Source of the DNA: a virus
Virus record (IMG/VR): IMGVR_UViG_3300028578_000003
Coordinates: 99,218 to 163,217 of that record
Length of the DNA: 64,000 bases
Strand: one strand, 5' to 3'
The notes under the pieces were generated by a model, which searched no databases, was not told the DNA's origin, and worked only from the letters and a program-made list of their open reading frames with translations. Positions 26,986 through 36,827 of the stretch are shown one piece after another; within the stretch, counting starts at the first letter, position 1, and every line of letters starts with the position of its first letter. The position numbers were made by a program, and so were the translations under genes.

Positions 26986-27827
26986 CCACCACCACCGAAC
27001 CGATCTACGGCGACCTCGACATTGACTTCACCGACTTCGATGAGTCGGTTGAAACGCTGCGCAGGTACGAGGGCGACACCTGGGCCAGCGTGCTGTACGC
27101 CGCCGCCGACTTCGTCCTCGCGCACGGCACGCCCGCCGACCACTTCAGCGGGGCGCAGCTGACCGAGATGCAGGAACACGACCCGGATCTCGTCACCGCC
27201 TGGGACGTGGTCGCCCACTGGTCGCAACTGCGCGGCGACGGACTGCGGTCCCGGCCGGCGACGTTCGAAGACCACCTGCTGGACGAGTGCGAGGCCTGCG
27301 TGTGGCTCTCGGACGTCCTCACCCACATCGTGGAACTGAACCAGGAACCCTGTACCCGGTGCGCCCGGGGTATTGAAGGCCACGACGTCGCACCCGACCT
27401 GGCAGACGACGGCGCCGAAAACTGGCTTAAGTCGCGGCGCCTGTGCAAGGAGCCCTGGGACCGTGTCCGCGAACCGCTGGTCGAACCGCCCGGCACGCTC
27501 GGCGGCTACCAGGTCAGCGAGGCGGTCACCGCACGCTGGGTCGCCCAGCTGGTCGACGGCAACTACGCCCTCATCTACCGCACCTACTACCGCTGCCGCG
27601 TGGACGACGGCAGCCTGATCATCGAGCGGGAGGACTGGTACGTCGTCGCCAGCGACCCGGACAACCCCAAGGAAACCAAGATCTTGGAGAACTCCGAGAC
27701 CGAGGACACCGAGTCGGACGACCCCGAAGGGGAGGACCTGGCGGCGCTGGTCGACCAGTCGTTCGACCCGGAGCTGCGCGAGTGGACCACGATGATGCCC
27801 GAAGCGGCCGGCTTCCGCTACAAGTGA
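26982..27827 (+). CDS. Acidic Cys/His-motif hypothetical protein (paralogue 1)
   Basis: Aligns along its length with the next ORF. Confidence 0.85.
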   Translation: MTTTTEPIYGDLDIDFTDFDESVETLRRYEGDTWASVLYAAADFVLAHGTPADHFSGAQLTEMQEHDPDLVTAWDVVAHWSQLRGDGLRSRPATFEDHLLDECEACVWLSDVLTHIVELNQEPCTRCARGIEGHDVAPDLADDGAENWLKSRRLCKEPWDRVREPLVEPPGTLGGYQVSEAVTARWVAQLVDGNYALIYRTYYRCRVDDGSLIIEREDWYVVASDPDNPKETKILENSETEDTESDDPEGEDLAALVDQSFDPELREWTTMMPEAAGFRYK

Positions 27828-27858
27828 CCGCGCACCGCGCAGAGGGGACCGATCCGGC

Positions 27859-28695
27859 ATGACGGCGCCGGCCATCGAAGAGATCGACTTCAGTGACGTT
27901 GACGCGGCGATCGCGGCGCTGCGCTCCCACGTGGGCATGCGCTCGGACGTCGAGATGTACGCCGCCGCTGACTTCGTCGCCGCGCAAGGCACCCTCGGTG
28001 ACCTGTTCGACGACGACGAGCTCACCACCGCGCAGGTCCTGGAAGACGCCGACGCCATCTGGAACCTGATCGCCCACTGGTCGCTGCAGCGCGGTGACGG
28101 GCTACTGCACCGGCCGGAGACGTTCGAGGCCCACAAGTACGAGTGTGAAACCTGCGCGTGGCTCGAAGACGTGCTCGACCTGGTCGTGCGGCTGCGGCAG
28201 AAGCCTTGCGCTGTCTGCGCCAAGGGCGTCGACGAGCACATGTTCGCGCCTGCACCCACATGGGTCGACGGGGAGCTGCAGATATCCGACTGGTTCCAGG
28301 CGTTCGCCTGGTGCAAGGAGCCGTGGACCCGCTACCTCGAACCGCTGGTCGAGCCGCCCGGCAAGCTCGGCGCGTACCAGGTCAGCGACGCGTGCACCGC
28401 CCGCTGGACCGCACCGTTGATCAACGGTAGCCATGCGCTTCTGTATCGCACCTACTACCTGACCCGGGTCGAGGACGCCGTGTTCCTGGAGCGGGAGGAC
28501 TGGTACGTCGTCTGCCTCAACCCGGCCGATCCGGAGGGCACCAAGGTCATGGAGAACTCGCGGACGGAGGAGGTCGAGTCGGAGGACCCCGAAGGCGAAG
28601 ACCTGTTGGCGTTGGTCGAGCAGTCGTTCGATCCGGAGTTCGACGAGTGGCTCCGGTTCATGCCCCAGTCGTCCGCCTTCTACTACGCGAGGTAG
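27859..28695 (+). CDS. Acidic Cys/His-motif hypothetical protein (paralogue 2)
   Basis: Shares YAAADFV, AHWS, CKEPW, YRTYY, EREDWYVV, DPEGEDL, QSFDPE. Confidence 0.85.
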   Translation: MTAPAIEEIDFSDVDAAIAALRSHVGMRSDVEMYAAADFVAAQGTLGDLFDDDELTTAQVLEDADAIWNLIAHWSLQRGDGLLHRPETFEAHKYECETCAWLEDVLDLVVRLRQKPCAVCAKGVDEHMFAPAPTWVDGELQISDWFQAFAWCKEPWTRYLEPLVEPPGKLGAYQVSDACTARWTAPLINGSHALLYRTYYLTRVEDAVFLEREDWYVVCLNPADPEGTKVMENSRTEEVESEDPEGEDLLALVEQSFDPEFDEWLRFMPQSSAFYYAR

Positions 28696-28936
28696 GCGCG
28701 GCGGGGGCTTTCCTGCTCCCCGGTGACGTCCCGGTCCGATAACCTGACACGCAGTCGACGCACCAGACACGCGAAAATGTGCGCCACCGTGTATGCAATT
28801 TAAGAGGTGCCGGTGTAGGGTCGGGGTGCCGGCGGACCGTCGCCGGCACCCCGACTCTTGGGAGAGAGCCGGGACGACCCGCTCGCTCGACGGGACGCGC
28901 CGCGGAGGCAAACCGGCGTCCCCGGGGAGGTTCACG

Positions 28937-30430
28937 TTGCCCACTACGCTGCCCACACGCGAGCAGTACGACCTTCTGATCACAGATGTCTACGGCAACG
29001 ACCCGCGCCCGCCCAGCTGCGCGCTGCACACCGACCCGATCCCGAACCGACACACCTGCGACCCCTGCGACGCATTCTTCCTGTGGCGCGCCCGCATGTA
29101 CGACAGGTTCCGCCGCCGCGGACTCAGGTTCACCCTCGACCAGCGCGCCTTCGACGACCCAAAGCCACACTGCCCGCTCAAGCACCCCGACACCTCCGCG
29201 AACCGCAAGATCTGCGAACACTGCAAGGCCCGCCACAACTGGCAATCACGCCAGTACAAGAGAATGAACAGGGCCGGTGTCGCCCGCCGCTTCACCGACC
29301 TCGACACCCTGCGCCACCACCTCGACGCGCTCGAAGACGCCGGCCTGACCGCCGCTGACATCGCCCACGCCGCCGGCTGCGGCAAGAACGCCGTCTACGA
29401 GCTGCTCAGCGGCCATCGCCAGTTCGTCCGCGCCGACCTGGCTCGCCGGCTGCTCGCCGTGCCGATCCCGGACAGGCGTGTCCAGCTGGTACCCGACGCC
29501 GCCGGCCGGCGGCTACGCCGGATCGACTCCACCGGCACCCGGCGGCGGATCCAGGCAGCGGCCCGCAACAGCCACTCCCTGGCGTCCCAAGCCCGCCGCC
29601 TTGGCTGGTCGGTCGACCAGGTCCGCGAATGGACCACCTCCCCCACGGTGACCACGGAAGCCGCTGAAGCCGTCGCCACACTTTTTCCCTCGCTGATCAC
29701 CCGACGCGGGTCCGACGCGGACGCCGCCACCATGGCCGCCCAAAAGGGCTGGGTGGAGGCCCGCTACTTCGCCAGGTCGAACATCGACGACCCGCAGTAC
29801 AACCCATTCCAGATCATCAAGAACCCCCGCGGTGTGTACCGGCGGCTCCGCGCGCTGGCCTGGGACGGCCAGGGCCCGAGCGAGGTCGCGGAGTACATCG
29901 GTGAAGCACCCGAGCAGGTCGAGATCTGGATGGAGGGCGGCCCAGCACCGGCCTACGCCTCCCACATGGTCGCCGCCGCCTTCGAAGCGCTCGCCGGCCG
30001 GGAAGGACCGGACCAGCGCGCCGCCGACCGGGCCCGGCACATGGGCTGGTCATCCTGGCCGGCCTGGTACGAGGTCGACATGGACAGCAGCTTCTCCAAA
30101 CCACGGCACGACCTGCTGTTCAGCGACTGTAAGACCGACTACCCGCTGGAGTCGCAGGTTTTCCTTGCGCTGATGGGCCGCGTCCCCCAGGAGGAGCTGC
30201 TGCACATCGAACGCGTCCGCGCCGTCCGGTTTCTGCACCGTCTTGGCTGGTCCGACCGGCGTATCGCCGCGTGGCTGGACTGGAACCCCGACGGCGACCT
30301 GGACAAGGGCCGCGGCGCCGTCCAGAAATTCCGCCAGAACAACGAGATCGACGGGGGCGGGACGGCGCTGCACGGCGTACCCGGCCGAGACACCGCCGAG
30401 GGCGCTGTGGCCGCCCCCAGTGCGGCGTAA
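28937..30430 (+). CDS. Multi-HTH DNA-binding protein with N-terminal Cys/His motifs (actinophage-like)
   Basis: TTG start after GGAGG; repeated HTH-like units (GLTAADIAHAAGCG, TRRRIQAA, YRRLRALAWDG, LGWSDRRIAAWL). Confidence 0.75.
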   Translation: MPTTLPTREQYDLLITDVYGNDPRPPSCALHTDPIPNRHTCDPCDAFFLWRARMYDRFRRRGLRFTLDQRAFDDPKPHCPLKHPDTSANRKICEHCKARHNWQSRQYKRMNRAGVARRFTDLDTLRHHLDALEDAGLTAADIAHAAGCGKNAVYELLSGHRQFVRADLARRLLAVPIPDRRVQLVPDAAGRRLRRIDSTGTRRRIQAAARNSHSLASQARRLGWSVDQVREWTTSPTVTTEAAEAVATLFPSLITRRGSDADAATMAAQKGWVEARYFARSNIDDPQYNPFQIIKNPRGVYRRLRALAWDGQGPSEVAEYIGEAPEQVEIWMEGGPAPAYASHMVAAAFEALAGREGPDQRAADRARHMGWSSWPAWYEVDMDSSFSKPRHDLLFSDCKTDYPLESQVFLALMGRVPQEELLHIERVRAVRFLHRLGWSDRRIAAWLDWNPDGDLDKGRGAVQKFRQNNEIDGGGTALHGVPGRDTAEGAVAAPSAA

Positions 30431-30525
30431 ATATCCGTCACCGTGCTGTGCATTTAACGGTACCCGGTATAGCATCAACGGGACGGGGCAAGCCAGCCCT
30501 GGCGTCGGGGAAAGGGGAAAAGTCC

Positions 30526-31311
30526 ATGGCCGGCGGCCTGCTTTGGGTCGATTTCAGCCTCATCGACGAAGACCCAGCCAACCCACGCGGCGACGTCGGC
30601 GACGTCACCGACCTCAAGCTGTCCATCACCCGCAACGGCCAGCAGGACCCGATCCAGGTCATCCCACAGGGCAACGGCCGGTTCTTCCTGCACGAAGGCC
30701 ACCGCCGCCGCAAGGCGATGGAAGAGCTCGGCGAGCAGGGCGCCCGCGCGATCGAGCGGCGATTCACCTCCGAGCAGCAGCGGGTGGTCTCCCAGGGCGT
30801 GCTGCACCTGCACCGCAAGACGTTCGACCCGATGGCATGGGCCCGGTACTGCCGCCGCCTCTGGGACGAGTTCAACATGAGCCGGGAGGAGATCGCCCGG
30901 GAACTTGGCATGTCGCAGGTCTGGGTCCGCAACCACCTGTCGTTCATGCACCTGCTCAGCTGGGAGCAGCGCGCTCTCGAACGCGGCGACATGACCCAAA
31001 CTGATGCGCTGCGGCGACTCGCCAGCCGCCGCGGGGCCCGCGAAGGCAACCCACCCGCGCAGCAGCGGCAGCGCCGCAAGGCGGTCGTGTCCGCCGCCAC
31101 GATCTCCGCCGAGCTGGCCCGACCCAAGCGGGTCGACCCGCACTTCAACGCCGACCACCAACTCGCCCACCTGGTCGCCGAACACTGCGCGTCGCGTGGC
31201 GTCGACCACGACAGCCGACCAAAGTTGGGGGACGTCGGTTGTGGACAGTGCTGGGAGGCCGTGATCCGCGACGACGTTATCGCCGCCGCGCCGGTCCTGG
31301 CCGCCGCCTGA
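30526..31311 (+). CDS. ParB/RepB/Spo0J-family protein
   Basis: NPR...LKLSITRNGQQDPIQV...EGHRRRKA; HTH MSREEIARELGMSQVWV. Confidence 0.88.
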   Translation: MAGGLLWVDFSLIDEDPANPRGDVGDVTDLKLSITRNGQQDPIQVIPQGNGRFFLHEGHRRRKAMEELGEQGARAIERRFTSEQQRVVSQGVLHLHRKTFDPMAWARYCRRLWDEFNMSREEIARELGMSQVWVRNHLSFMHLLSWEQRALERGDMTQTDALRRLASRRGAREGNPPAQQRQRRKAVVSAATISAELARPKRVDPHFNADHQLAHLVAEHCASRGVDHDSRPKLGDVGCGQCWEAVIRDDVIAAAPVLAAA

Positions 31312-31326
31312 CCCACCGGAGCCCGC

Positions 31327-31563
31327 ATGACGACCGCCCGCCGGAACCAGCTCGTGATCCGCTGCACCGGCCAGGCGGTCAACCCGCTCAACAACCAGCC
31401 CATCGGAAAGGTCTGCAACAAGGTGTTCACCTCCACCCGCGCCTACCGGTCACGCCAGGACTGGATCGAACGCGCCCGGGCGGCCGGGTGGCGCGTGTCG
31501 CAGGTGAACCCCGACCGCACCGTCAAAGCCTCCTGCCCCACGTGCAGCAGACCAGGAAGGTGA
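31327..31563 (+). CDS. Small zinc-binding protein
   Basis: C..C / AAGW...CPTC. Confidence 0.7.
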   Translation: MTTARRNQLVIRCTGQAVNPLNNQPIGKVCNKVFTSTRAYRSRQDWIERARAAGWRVSQVNPDRTVKASCPTCSRPGR

Positions 31564-31566
31564 CAG

Positions 31567-32013
31567 ATGCCCCCGACCAAGCCCCTGAAGATAGGCGAAC
31601 GTGACGGCCTCCAAATGCGGCTAAACGAACTCGACGAGGCCCTCGCCGCCGGCGACCTCGACCTCGCCGCCCGATCCATGGAAATGCTGGCCACCGCCGC
31701 CACCCGCATCGCGCGCCGCATACGCGAAGCCCTCCTCGTCGAGCAGATCGGCGAGTGGGGCTTGGACATTGCCCGCCGCTGCAAGATCGCCGCCAACAAC
31801 GGCGGGGAACCTTCCGCCGCCTGGGCCGCCGGCGAAAAGATCGCGGTCGCGCTGGTGCTCGGCAACCACGACTACCTACGCGACGTCCTCGAGTACTCCG
31901 TCGCCCATGCGACCAGCCGGACCGCCGCCGAGGTAGGTATCGCACCCGACCAGATGTCGGCCTGGATGACGACCGTCCGCACCGCCGCCGAGCTCGGCAA
32001 CCCGGGAGCGTGA
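31567..32013 (+). CDS. Hypothetical protein
   Basis: RBS GGAAGG; AWAAGEKIAVALVL resembles TWSTWQQLAVALVL in 35619-36827. Confidence 0.7.
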   Translation: MPPTKPLKIGERDGLQMRLNELDEALAAGDLDLAARSMEMLATAATRIARRIREALLVEQIGEWGLDIARRCKIAANNGGEPSAAWAAGEKIAVALVLGNHDYLRDVLEYSVAHATSRTAAEVGIAPDQMSAWMTTVRTAAELGNPGA

Positions 32014-32510
32014 TCCCAACGATGAACGAAGCGACGACCGAACGGCCCGTACATCCGCTCACGCAAGGCATCTGCGGCTGCCCGCTCTACCTGGACACCA
32101 ACCGGATCGAGCACCGCGACGGCTGCCTGTTCCCCGCCGCCGCGGCGGAGGTGCACGAGTGGAACCACTGGTTCGAGTTCCGGCACCTGCCCGTGCTGGA
32201 CGCGCCAGTGCGCTACTGGACCGGCGCCCGCGAAGGCGACGGCCAGCTCGGCACGACCCGCACGGGCGCGCAGGTCCTCGGCGGGCACACCGCCGTGCTG
32301 TGGGTCCACGAGCACAGCGCCTGCATCGCGCTCACACACATCCAGAACCTCACCACCCGCTACACCGACGCGCACGGCGAACACTGGGTGGTCGCCGGCC
32401 ACGACGAGTACGGGCAGGGCTGGCTGCGCTGCGAGGAAACCAACCGCGGCGCCCGTAACCGGGAGAGCGTCGAACTCCAGTTTGGCCCGCTGACGCAGGT
32501 CGAGGCGTGA
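32010..32510 (+). CDS. Hypothetical phage-like protein
   Basis: C-terminal DAHGEHW...FGPLTQV small domain. Confidence 0.7.
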   Translation: MIPTMNEATTERPVHPLTQGICGCPLYLDTNRIEHRDGCLFPAAAAEVHEWNHWFEFRHLPVLDAPVRYWTGAREGDGQLGTTRTGAQVLGGHTAVLWVHEHSACIALTHIQNLTTRYTDAHGEHWVVAGHDEYGQGWLRCEETNRGARNRESVELQFGPLTQVEA

Positions 32511-32818
32511 CGGCACCGATGACCAAGCTTGTGCATCACTACTGGCCCGAGCCGGCCGGGTTCGCCCACGAACCGGACGGCGCCGCGGTGACGCTCGTGG
32601 GCGTCGTCGCGTACGTGACGCCCAGGAGTTCGGGACAGCGGCGCCCGTACGTCACCGGCGGGCACGTCGTCGTACCACTGCTGAGCAGGGGAGGTAACCG
32701 ATGGGGAATACAGGTCTGCCCCGCCTTGGCGGTGGCATCGCGGCTCGCGAGCGTGCCGCGTGGAGTGGACCGTGCTCGTTGTCGTCATGCAGGACCGGCG
32801 CCCCGGTGGCTGGCGTGA
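32507..32818 (+). CDS. Hypothetical protein
   Basis: GTGA overlap with upstream gene. Confidence 0.5.
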   Translation: MTAPMTKLVHHYWPEPAGFAHEPDGAAVTLVGVVAYVTPRSSGQRRPYVTGGHVVVPLLSRGGNRWGIQVCPALAVASRLASVPRGVDRARCRHAGPAPRWLA

Positions 32819-32953
32819 TCGACGCGCTCACAGGACCGGTCGGTTTCTGTGAACCCCACTGCGACCGCGCCGAGGTGCTGGGCAGGAGCGTGCGTCGTGA
32901 GCGGCTCACGCGGGCGCCGCGCCACAACGCCAACCAGGGATCGGATCACACCG

Positions 32954-33604
32954 ATGAATAGCCCAGTCGCCTTCGCGCCTGATCCAGCGCTCTCGTTCTG
33001 GCCCACCCCGCCCGAAGTCGCCGACGACCTCGTGTACCGGGTGATGGTGCCTGGCTTCGGCGACGGCGCAGCCAGCGTTGACGGCGAGGTCCCGCAGGTC
33101 CGCGTCCTGGAGCCGTCCGCGGGCGATGGCCATCTGGCCCGCGTCATCCGCAAGCACCTGCCGAACGGGCACATCACGTGCGTGGAGCCCAGCAGCCAGC
33201 GCGCCGCCACGCTACGAGCGCAAGACGGGCTCGCGGATGAGGTCGTCGAGTCCACGTTGGAGGCGTATCTGGACACCGTCACCTGGTCGGCGTTGGCGGG
33301 CACCTTCGAGCCGTTCGACGTCGCGATCATGAACCCGCCGTTCACGCTCGCCGGGCGCCCCCAGGCGTGGGCAGAGCACATTCTCGCGATCTACAGCCAC
33401 CCGCATCTGCTGGCGCCGTACGCCCAGATCGGCGCCGTGGTGCCGCGCAACGTCATGAACGGCAAGTCGAAGGCGGTCCGGACTCTACGCGAGCTGTGCG
33501 ACCCGGTCTACGGCATCTCGGTGTGCAGCAGGGGCGCATTCGACCCGGTCGGCGCGCGGATCTCCACGGCTCTGCTGTGGTTGGAGAAGGTTCTCGATGA
33601 GTAA
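32954..33604 (+). CDS. Solitary amino (N6-A/N4-C) methyltransferase
   Basis: FWPTP, motif I VLEPSAGDG, motif IV MNPPF. Confidence 0.85.
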   Translation: MNSPVAFAPDPALSFWPTPPEVADDLVYRVMVPGFGDGAASVDGEVPQVRVLEPSAGDGHLARVIRKHLPNGHITCVEPSSQRAATLRAQDGLADEVVESTLEAYLDTVTWSALAGTFEPFDVAIMNPPFTLAGRPQAWAEHILAIYSHPHLLAPYAQIGAVVPRNVMNGKSKAVRTLRELCDPVYGISVCSRGAFDPVGARISTALLWLEKVLDE

Positions 33605-33812
33605 CCCACGTGATCCACAGACGTCTGCCGAGTGGCAGCAGGCGGTCGACGCCGCGTACGCCTGCCTTGCTCTCGACTCGGCCCGCCACTACGGCTTGGT
33701 CACCGGCGGTCCGAGCGTCGACGTCGAGCGGTGCGAGGACATTCTCGCCCGCGGCAAATCACGCGGCATCGAGCCCACGGAAGACGTCGATCGCGGTGAT
33801 GACGATGGGTAG
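33597..33812 (+). CDS. Small hypothetical phage-like protein
   Basis: Coupled ORF, 71 aa. Confidence 0.7.
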   Translation: MSNPRDPQTSAEWQQAVDAAYACLALDSARHYGLVTGGPSVDVERCEDILARGKSRGIEPTEDVDRGDDDG

Positions 33813-34116
33813 CACCCCGCCGCGGCGGCGGACCTATGACCAGGTCCACAGCGATCTGGCCGCCCTGGCTAGCCCGCTTGAGGACTCGTCGTTGGTACTT
33901 GGCACGGCCGCGTACGCGGCCGCGTGGGCCGACTACTACGAGCGCAAGGCGGGCCTGTGGCGGGAGATCGTGGAGCGGGCTGCCACGGACAGGTCGTTGC
34001 CCGGCTGGGCGACGCTCGCGGCGGCGACGGTCCGGGACGGGCTTCTGCGGGAAGCCGAGGGCCTGCGCGTAGAACAGCGGAAGCGGGCCAGGCAGGAGGC
34101 GAATCCCGGTGGTTAA
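33799..34116 (+). CDS. Hypothetical protein
   Basis: Overlapping operon member. Confidence 0.6.
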   Translation: MTMGSTPPRRRTYDQVHSDLAALASPLEDSSLVLGTAAYAAAWADYYERKAGLWREIVERAATDRSLPGWATLAAATVRDGLLREAEGLRVEQRKRARQEANPGG

Positions 34117-34327
34117 CCAAGCCGGCCCGTACCGCGTGGTCCTCACCGAGGAGGGCTACACCACGGCTGATCAGTACCCCGACAAGGTTTCCGCGCTCGC
34201 CGAGTTCGCTCGGTTCGCCCCGCTGGCTGGCACCTGGAGCCGCGGCGGCTCCGTCCGGGTCATGGGCGAGGCCGAGTACCAGCGTTTGAAGCCCGAACTG
34301 GATCGAAGGAACGATGTCGATGAGTAG
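34109..34327 (+). CDS. Hypothetical protein
   Basis: AGGAGG RBS. Confidence 0.6.
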   Translation: MVNQAGPYRVVLTEEGYTTADQYPDKVSALAEFARFAPLAGTWSRGGSVRVMGEAEYQRLKPELDRRNDVDE

Positions 34328-34778
34328 CCCACTGCCCGTGACGGAACGGGAGGCAGCCGCGCTCGACCGACTCCTGGACGCCTACACCATTACCGAAACG
34401 ACGGATCCGGGCATCGAGGATCTCCGCCGAGTCCGCGACAAGGTACGCCGACTGCCGCAGGACCACACCGTGTACGAACAGGCCGCCGAGGTGGCCGCCC
34501 GCACACGAGCCTTTCTGCGCGAGGTAGGTCGGGGAGTGGTGCACCAACTGCCCTCCGGTGAGGCGCGGCACTACGACACCGCTGGCGGCCACGTCAACGC
34601 GGACGACGCCGTCTTCCAGGCGAAGCGTGCCGGCCTGGTCCGGCTTGGCGGGGTGGTCACTGACGGCCCGTACAAACACCCACGTAGCCGGCCGCGGGCG
34701 TGGCAACTCACACGTGCGGGCGAGGTCACGGCGTACGCCGAACCTGAGCTGGCACCCGAGTCGGACGGCGGACGATAA
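34314..34778 (+). CDS. Hypothetical protein (wHTH-like C-terminus)
   Basis: RAGLVRL...WQLTRAG. Confidence 0.6.
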   Translation: MSMSSPLPVTEREAAALDRLLDAYTITETTDPGIEDLRRVRDKVRRLPQDHTVYEQAAEVAARTRAFLREVGRGVVHQLPSGEARHYDTAGGHVNADDAVFQAKRAGLVRLGGVVTDGPYKHPRSRPRAWQLTRAGEVTAYAEPELAPESDGGR

Positions 34779-34781
34779 CCG

Positions 34782-35198
34782 ATGATCCAGGTTCCGAAGC
34801 TTGTGGTCTCCAAACCCATGTACGCGTTCAAAGTCGACACGTGGCGCTCCAGCGGCGTCACCGGCATCTACCAGGTCGACGCCGTCTGGTTCAAACGTAA
34901 GAAGGGCCGCCTCGTCGCGACGATGGGCACCTACCAACCGATGGTCCTGCGCCGGGACCAACAGCCCACCGGTGACGCGTACGAGCAGTGGGTCGCCGCC
35001 GCTGACGACAACCGGTATGGCGGCGACTGGACCGCGGTGTGGGACGGCGAGGGCCTGATGTGCGCTCGCCAGCCCGTGTCGGCGGCCATGGCCCACGAGC
35101 GCATCAGCTTCCTCAGTGCGGTGCTGAACGGCTTCCCGAACGTGCCGGCCGGCTACGACGGCTGGTGGACCTTCGAACCGGGCGGCGGCGCGCGATGA
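34782..35198 (+). CDS. Hypothetical protein
   Basis: 138 aa, high GC3. Confidence 0.7.
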   Translation: MIQVPKLVVSKPMYAFKVDTWRSSGVTGIYQVDAVWFKRKKGRLVATMGTYQPMVLRRDQQPTGDAYEQWVAAADDNRYGGDWTAVWDGEGLMCARQPVSAAMAHERISFLSAVLNGFPNVPAGYDGWWTFEPGGGAR

Positions 35199-35626
35199 CC
35201 GACCTGGCCACTATCAGACGCCGCGTAGCTGTCCTCGCGGTGGCGGCCGGCGCTGAGGCGCCCACCGAGCAGCTGCTGCGGCAGGACCCCTTCCGTGGGG
35301 AGTGGGGTTGGAGCGGGCAGCACATCGACCTGCCGAATATGCACACCGCCGGCGACGTCGTCGTCGACACCTGGGAGCAGCTGGTCGCGTTCGTCGCCGC
35401 CGCGATGCCCCCGTACCGGCAGATCGGCATGGTGCAGCGGCCGTGGCCGCGCCGGATCCTGCGCTTCCACCCGGACGGCTCGGTGTTGACGCTGTCCGGG
35501 CCCCTGCCGTGGGGGCAGATCCGCCACGACACGTTCGCCAACCCGGCGGACGCCCTTATCGCCTACTACTGGCCCACCACTACGCCCCGCCGCTGGCGGG
35601 AGCCTGGAGCAGAAGCTGATGCGTGA
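35195..35626 (+). CDS. Hypothetical protein
   Basis: ATGA overlap. Confidence 0.65.
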   Translation: MTDLATIRRRVAVLAVAAGAEAPTEQLLRQDPFRGEWGWSGQHIDLPNMHTAGDVVVDTWEQLVAFVAAAMPPYRQIGMVQRPWPRRILRFHPDGSVLTLSGPLPWGQIRHDTFANPADALIAYYWPTTTPRRWREPGAEADA

Positions 35627-36827
35627 TCTGTCCAACGCTCACGTCCGCGCGGTGCTCGCCGCCGGGCTGGCCTGGCTTTACGACGTCGAACAGCCCCCCA
35701 ACGCGCTCATCCAGCACCACGCCGTCCCCGGGCCGGTGATCGGCACCCGCTGGTACGGCTTCTGCCCGGTGGGCGCCGACCAACTGCCGGTCATCTCGGT
35801 CCGTGTCGCTGCCCCCCAGTGGGAGCCGGGCAGATGGGAGCTGCTGAACCCGATCGGCGGCGACGCCGAGATGAAGCTGACCCGCGCCCTGGTCGAGTCG
35901 CTCGGCTACCCGACCCGCCAGTGGTGGAACGGCGCCGGCGAGAGCGGCAGCATCGGCCTGCAGCGGCCTGCGCATCACACGCTGCGCGCCGCGGTGCGCA
36001 GGTACGGCGCCGGCTGCCCGACACATCCGGCCCACGGCGTGTTCTGCCCCTGCGGCTGGTTCAAGGCCGGCAACGACCTGCTCGTCGACCCGGCCTGGCC
36101 GACCAGCCCGGACAGCGACGAAGCGCACTGCCGGATCTGCTGGTGCACCGAGGACGCCGCATGCCGCGGCGGATGCGCCTGGGCCGCCCCTGAGGAGCAG
36201 CTGGCGGCCGGGTTCGACCCGATGACCGGTGACCTGTGCACCGCGTGCGTTCCCGCGCCGCTAAAGCCCGCCCGTCCCGCGCTCGCGGGGACCGAGACCC
36301 GACCGATCCCGACTGGAAAGAGTCCTGCCATGACCAACGACGCGTCACAGCCCGCACACGAAAGCCCTGAAGAGGAACGTCTCGCGGCCGCCGAACGGCT
36401 CGACGCCGGCGGGATCGTCGACGGCCACCACGCCGTCCTGCTGGCCCAGGGCCTGATCGAGATAGCCGAGACCGCCGGCATGCCGGACACCTACCAGGCC
36501 ACCGACAACCGGATGATCCTGGCCCGCGCCGTGCTGGCCGCCAGCAGGGCCCGGACGCCGCTGGACGAGTCAGCCGAGCGGGTCCTCGACCTGTGCCGGC
36601 AGGCACAGCAAAACCATGACGGTCACCCCAGCCCCACCTGGTCGACGTGGCAGCAGCTGGCGGTCGCGCTGGTCCTGAACGACGAGGCGGGCCTGCGATC
36701 GCGGGGGTACTCGGTCCAGGAGGCGACCCGCTCGGTGGTCGAGGGCATGCTCCGCCCACCCGCCGACTTCGACGCCTGGCTGGCCACCATCCGCGCCGCG
36801 CTCGCCGCGGGGTCACCGACCTCATGA
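35619..36827 (+). CDS. Multidomain hypothetical protein with Cys-rich motifs
   Basis: CPTH...FCPCGW; CRICWCTEDAACRGGCAW...LCTAC. Confidence 0.7.
   Translation: MRDLSNAHVRAVLAAGLAWLYDVEQPPNALIQHHAVPGPVIGTRWYGFCPVGADQLPVISVRVAAPQWEPGRWELLNPIGGDAEMKLTRALVESLGYPTRQWWNGAGESGSIGLQRPAHHTLRAAVRRYGAGCPTHPAHGVFCPCGWFKAGNDLLVDPAWPTSPDSDEAHCRICWCTEDAACRGGCAWAAPEEQLAAGFDPMTGDLCTACVPAPLKPARPALAGTETRPIPTGKSPAMTNDASQPAHESPEEERLAAAERLDAGGIVDGHHAVLLAQGLIEIAETAGMPDTYQATDNRMILARAVLAASRARTPLDESAERVLDLCRQAQQNHDGHPSPTWSTWQQLAVALVLNDEAGLRSRGYSVQEATRSVVEGMLRPPADFDAWLATIRAALAAGSPTS

Noticed and set aside
28905-28930. GGCAAACC resembling a c-di-GMP-I riboswitch
   Set aside because: Lacks the GNRA-capped P2 and the following GGGACGCAAAG/P3 elements
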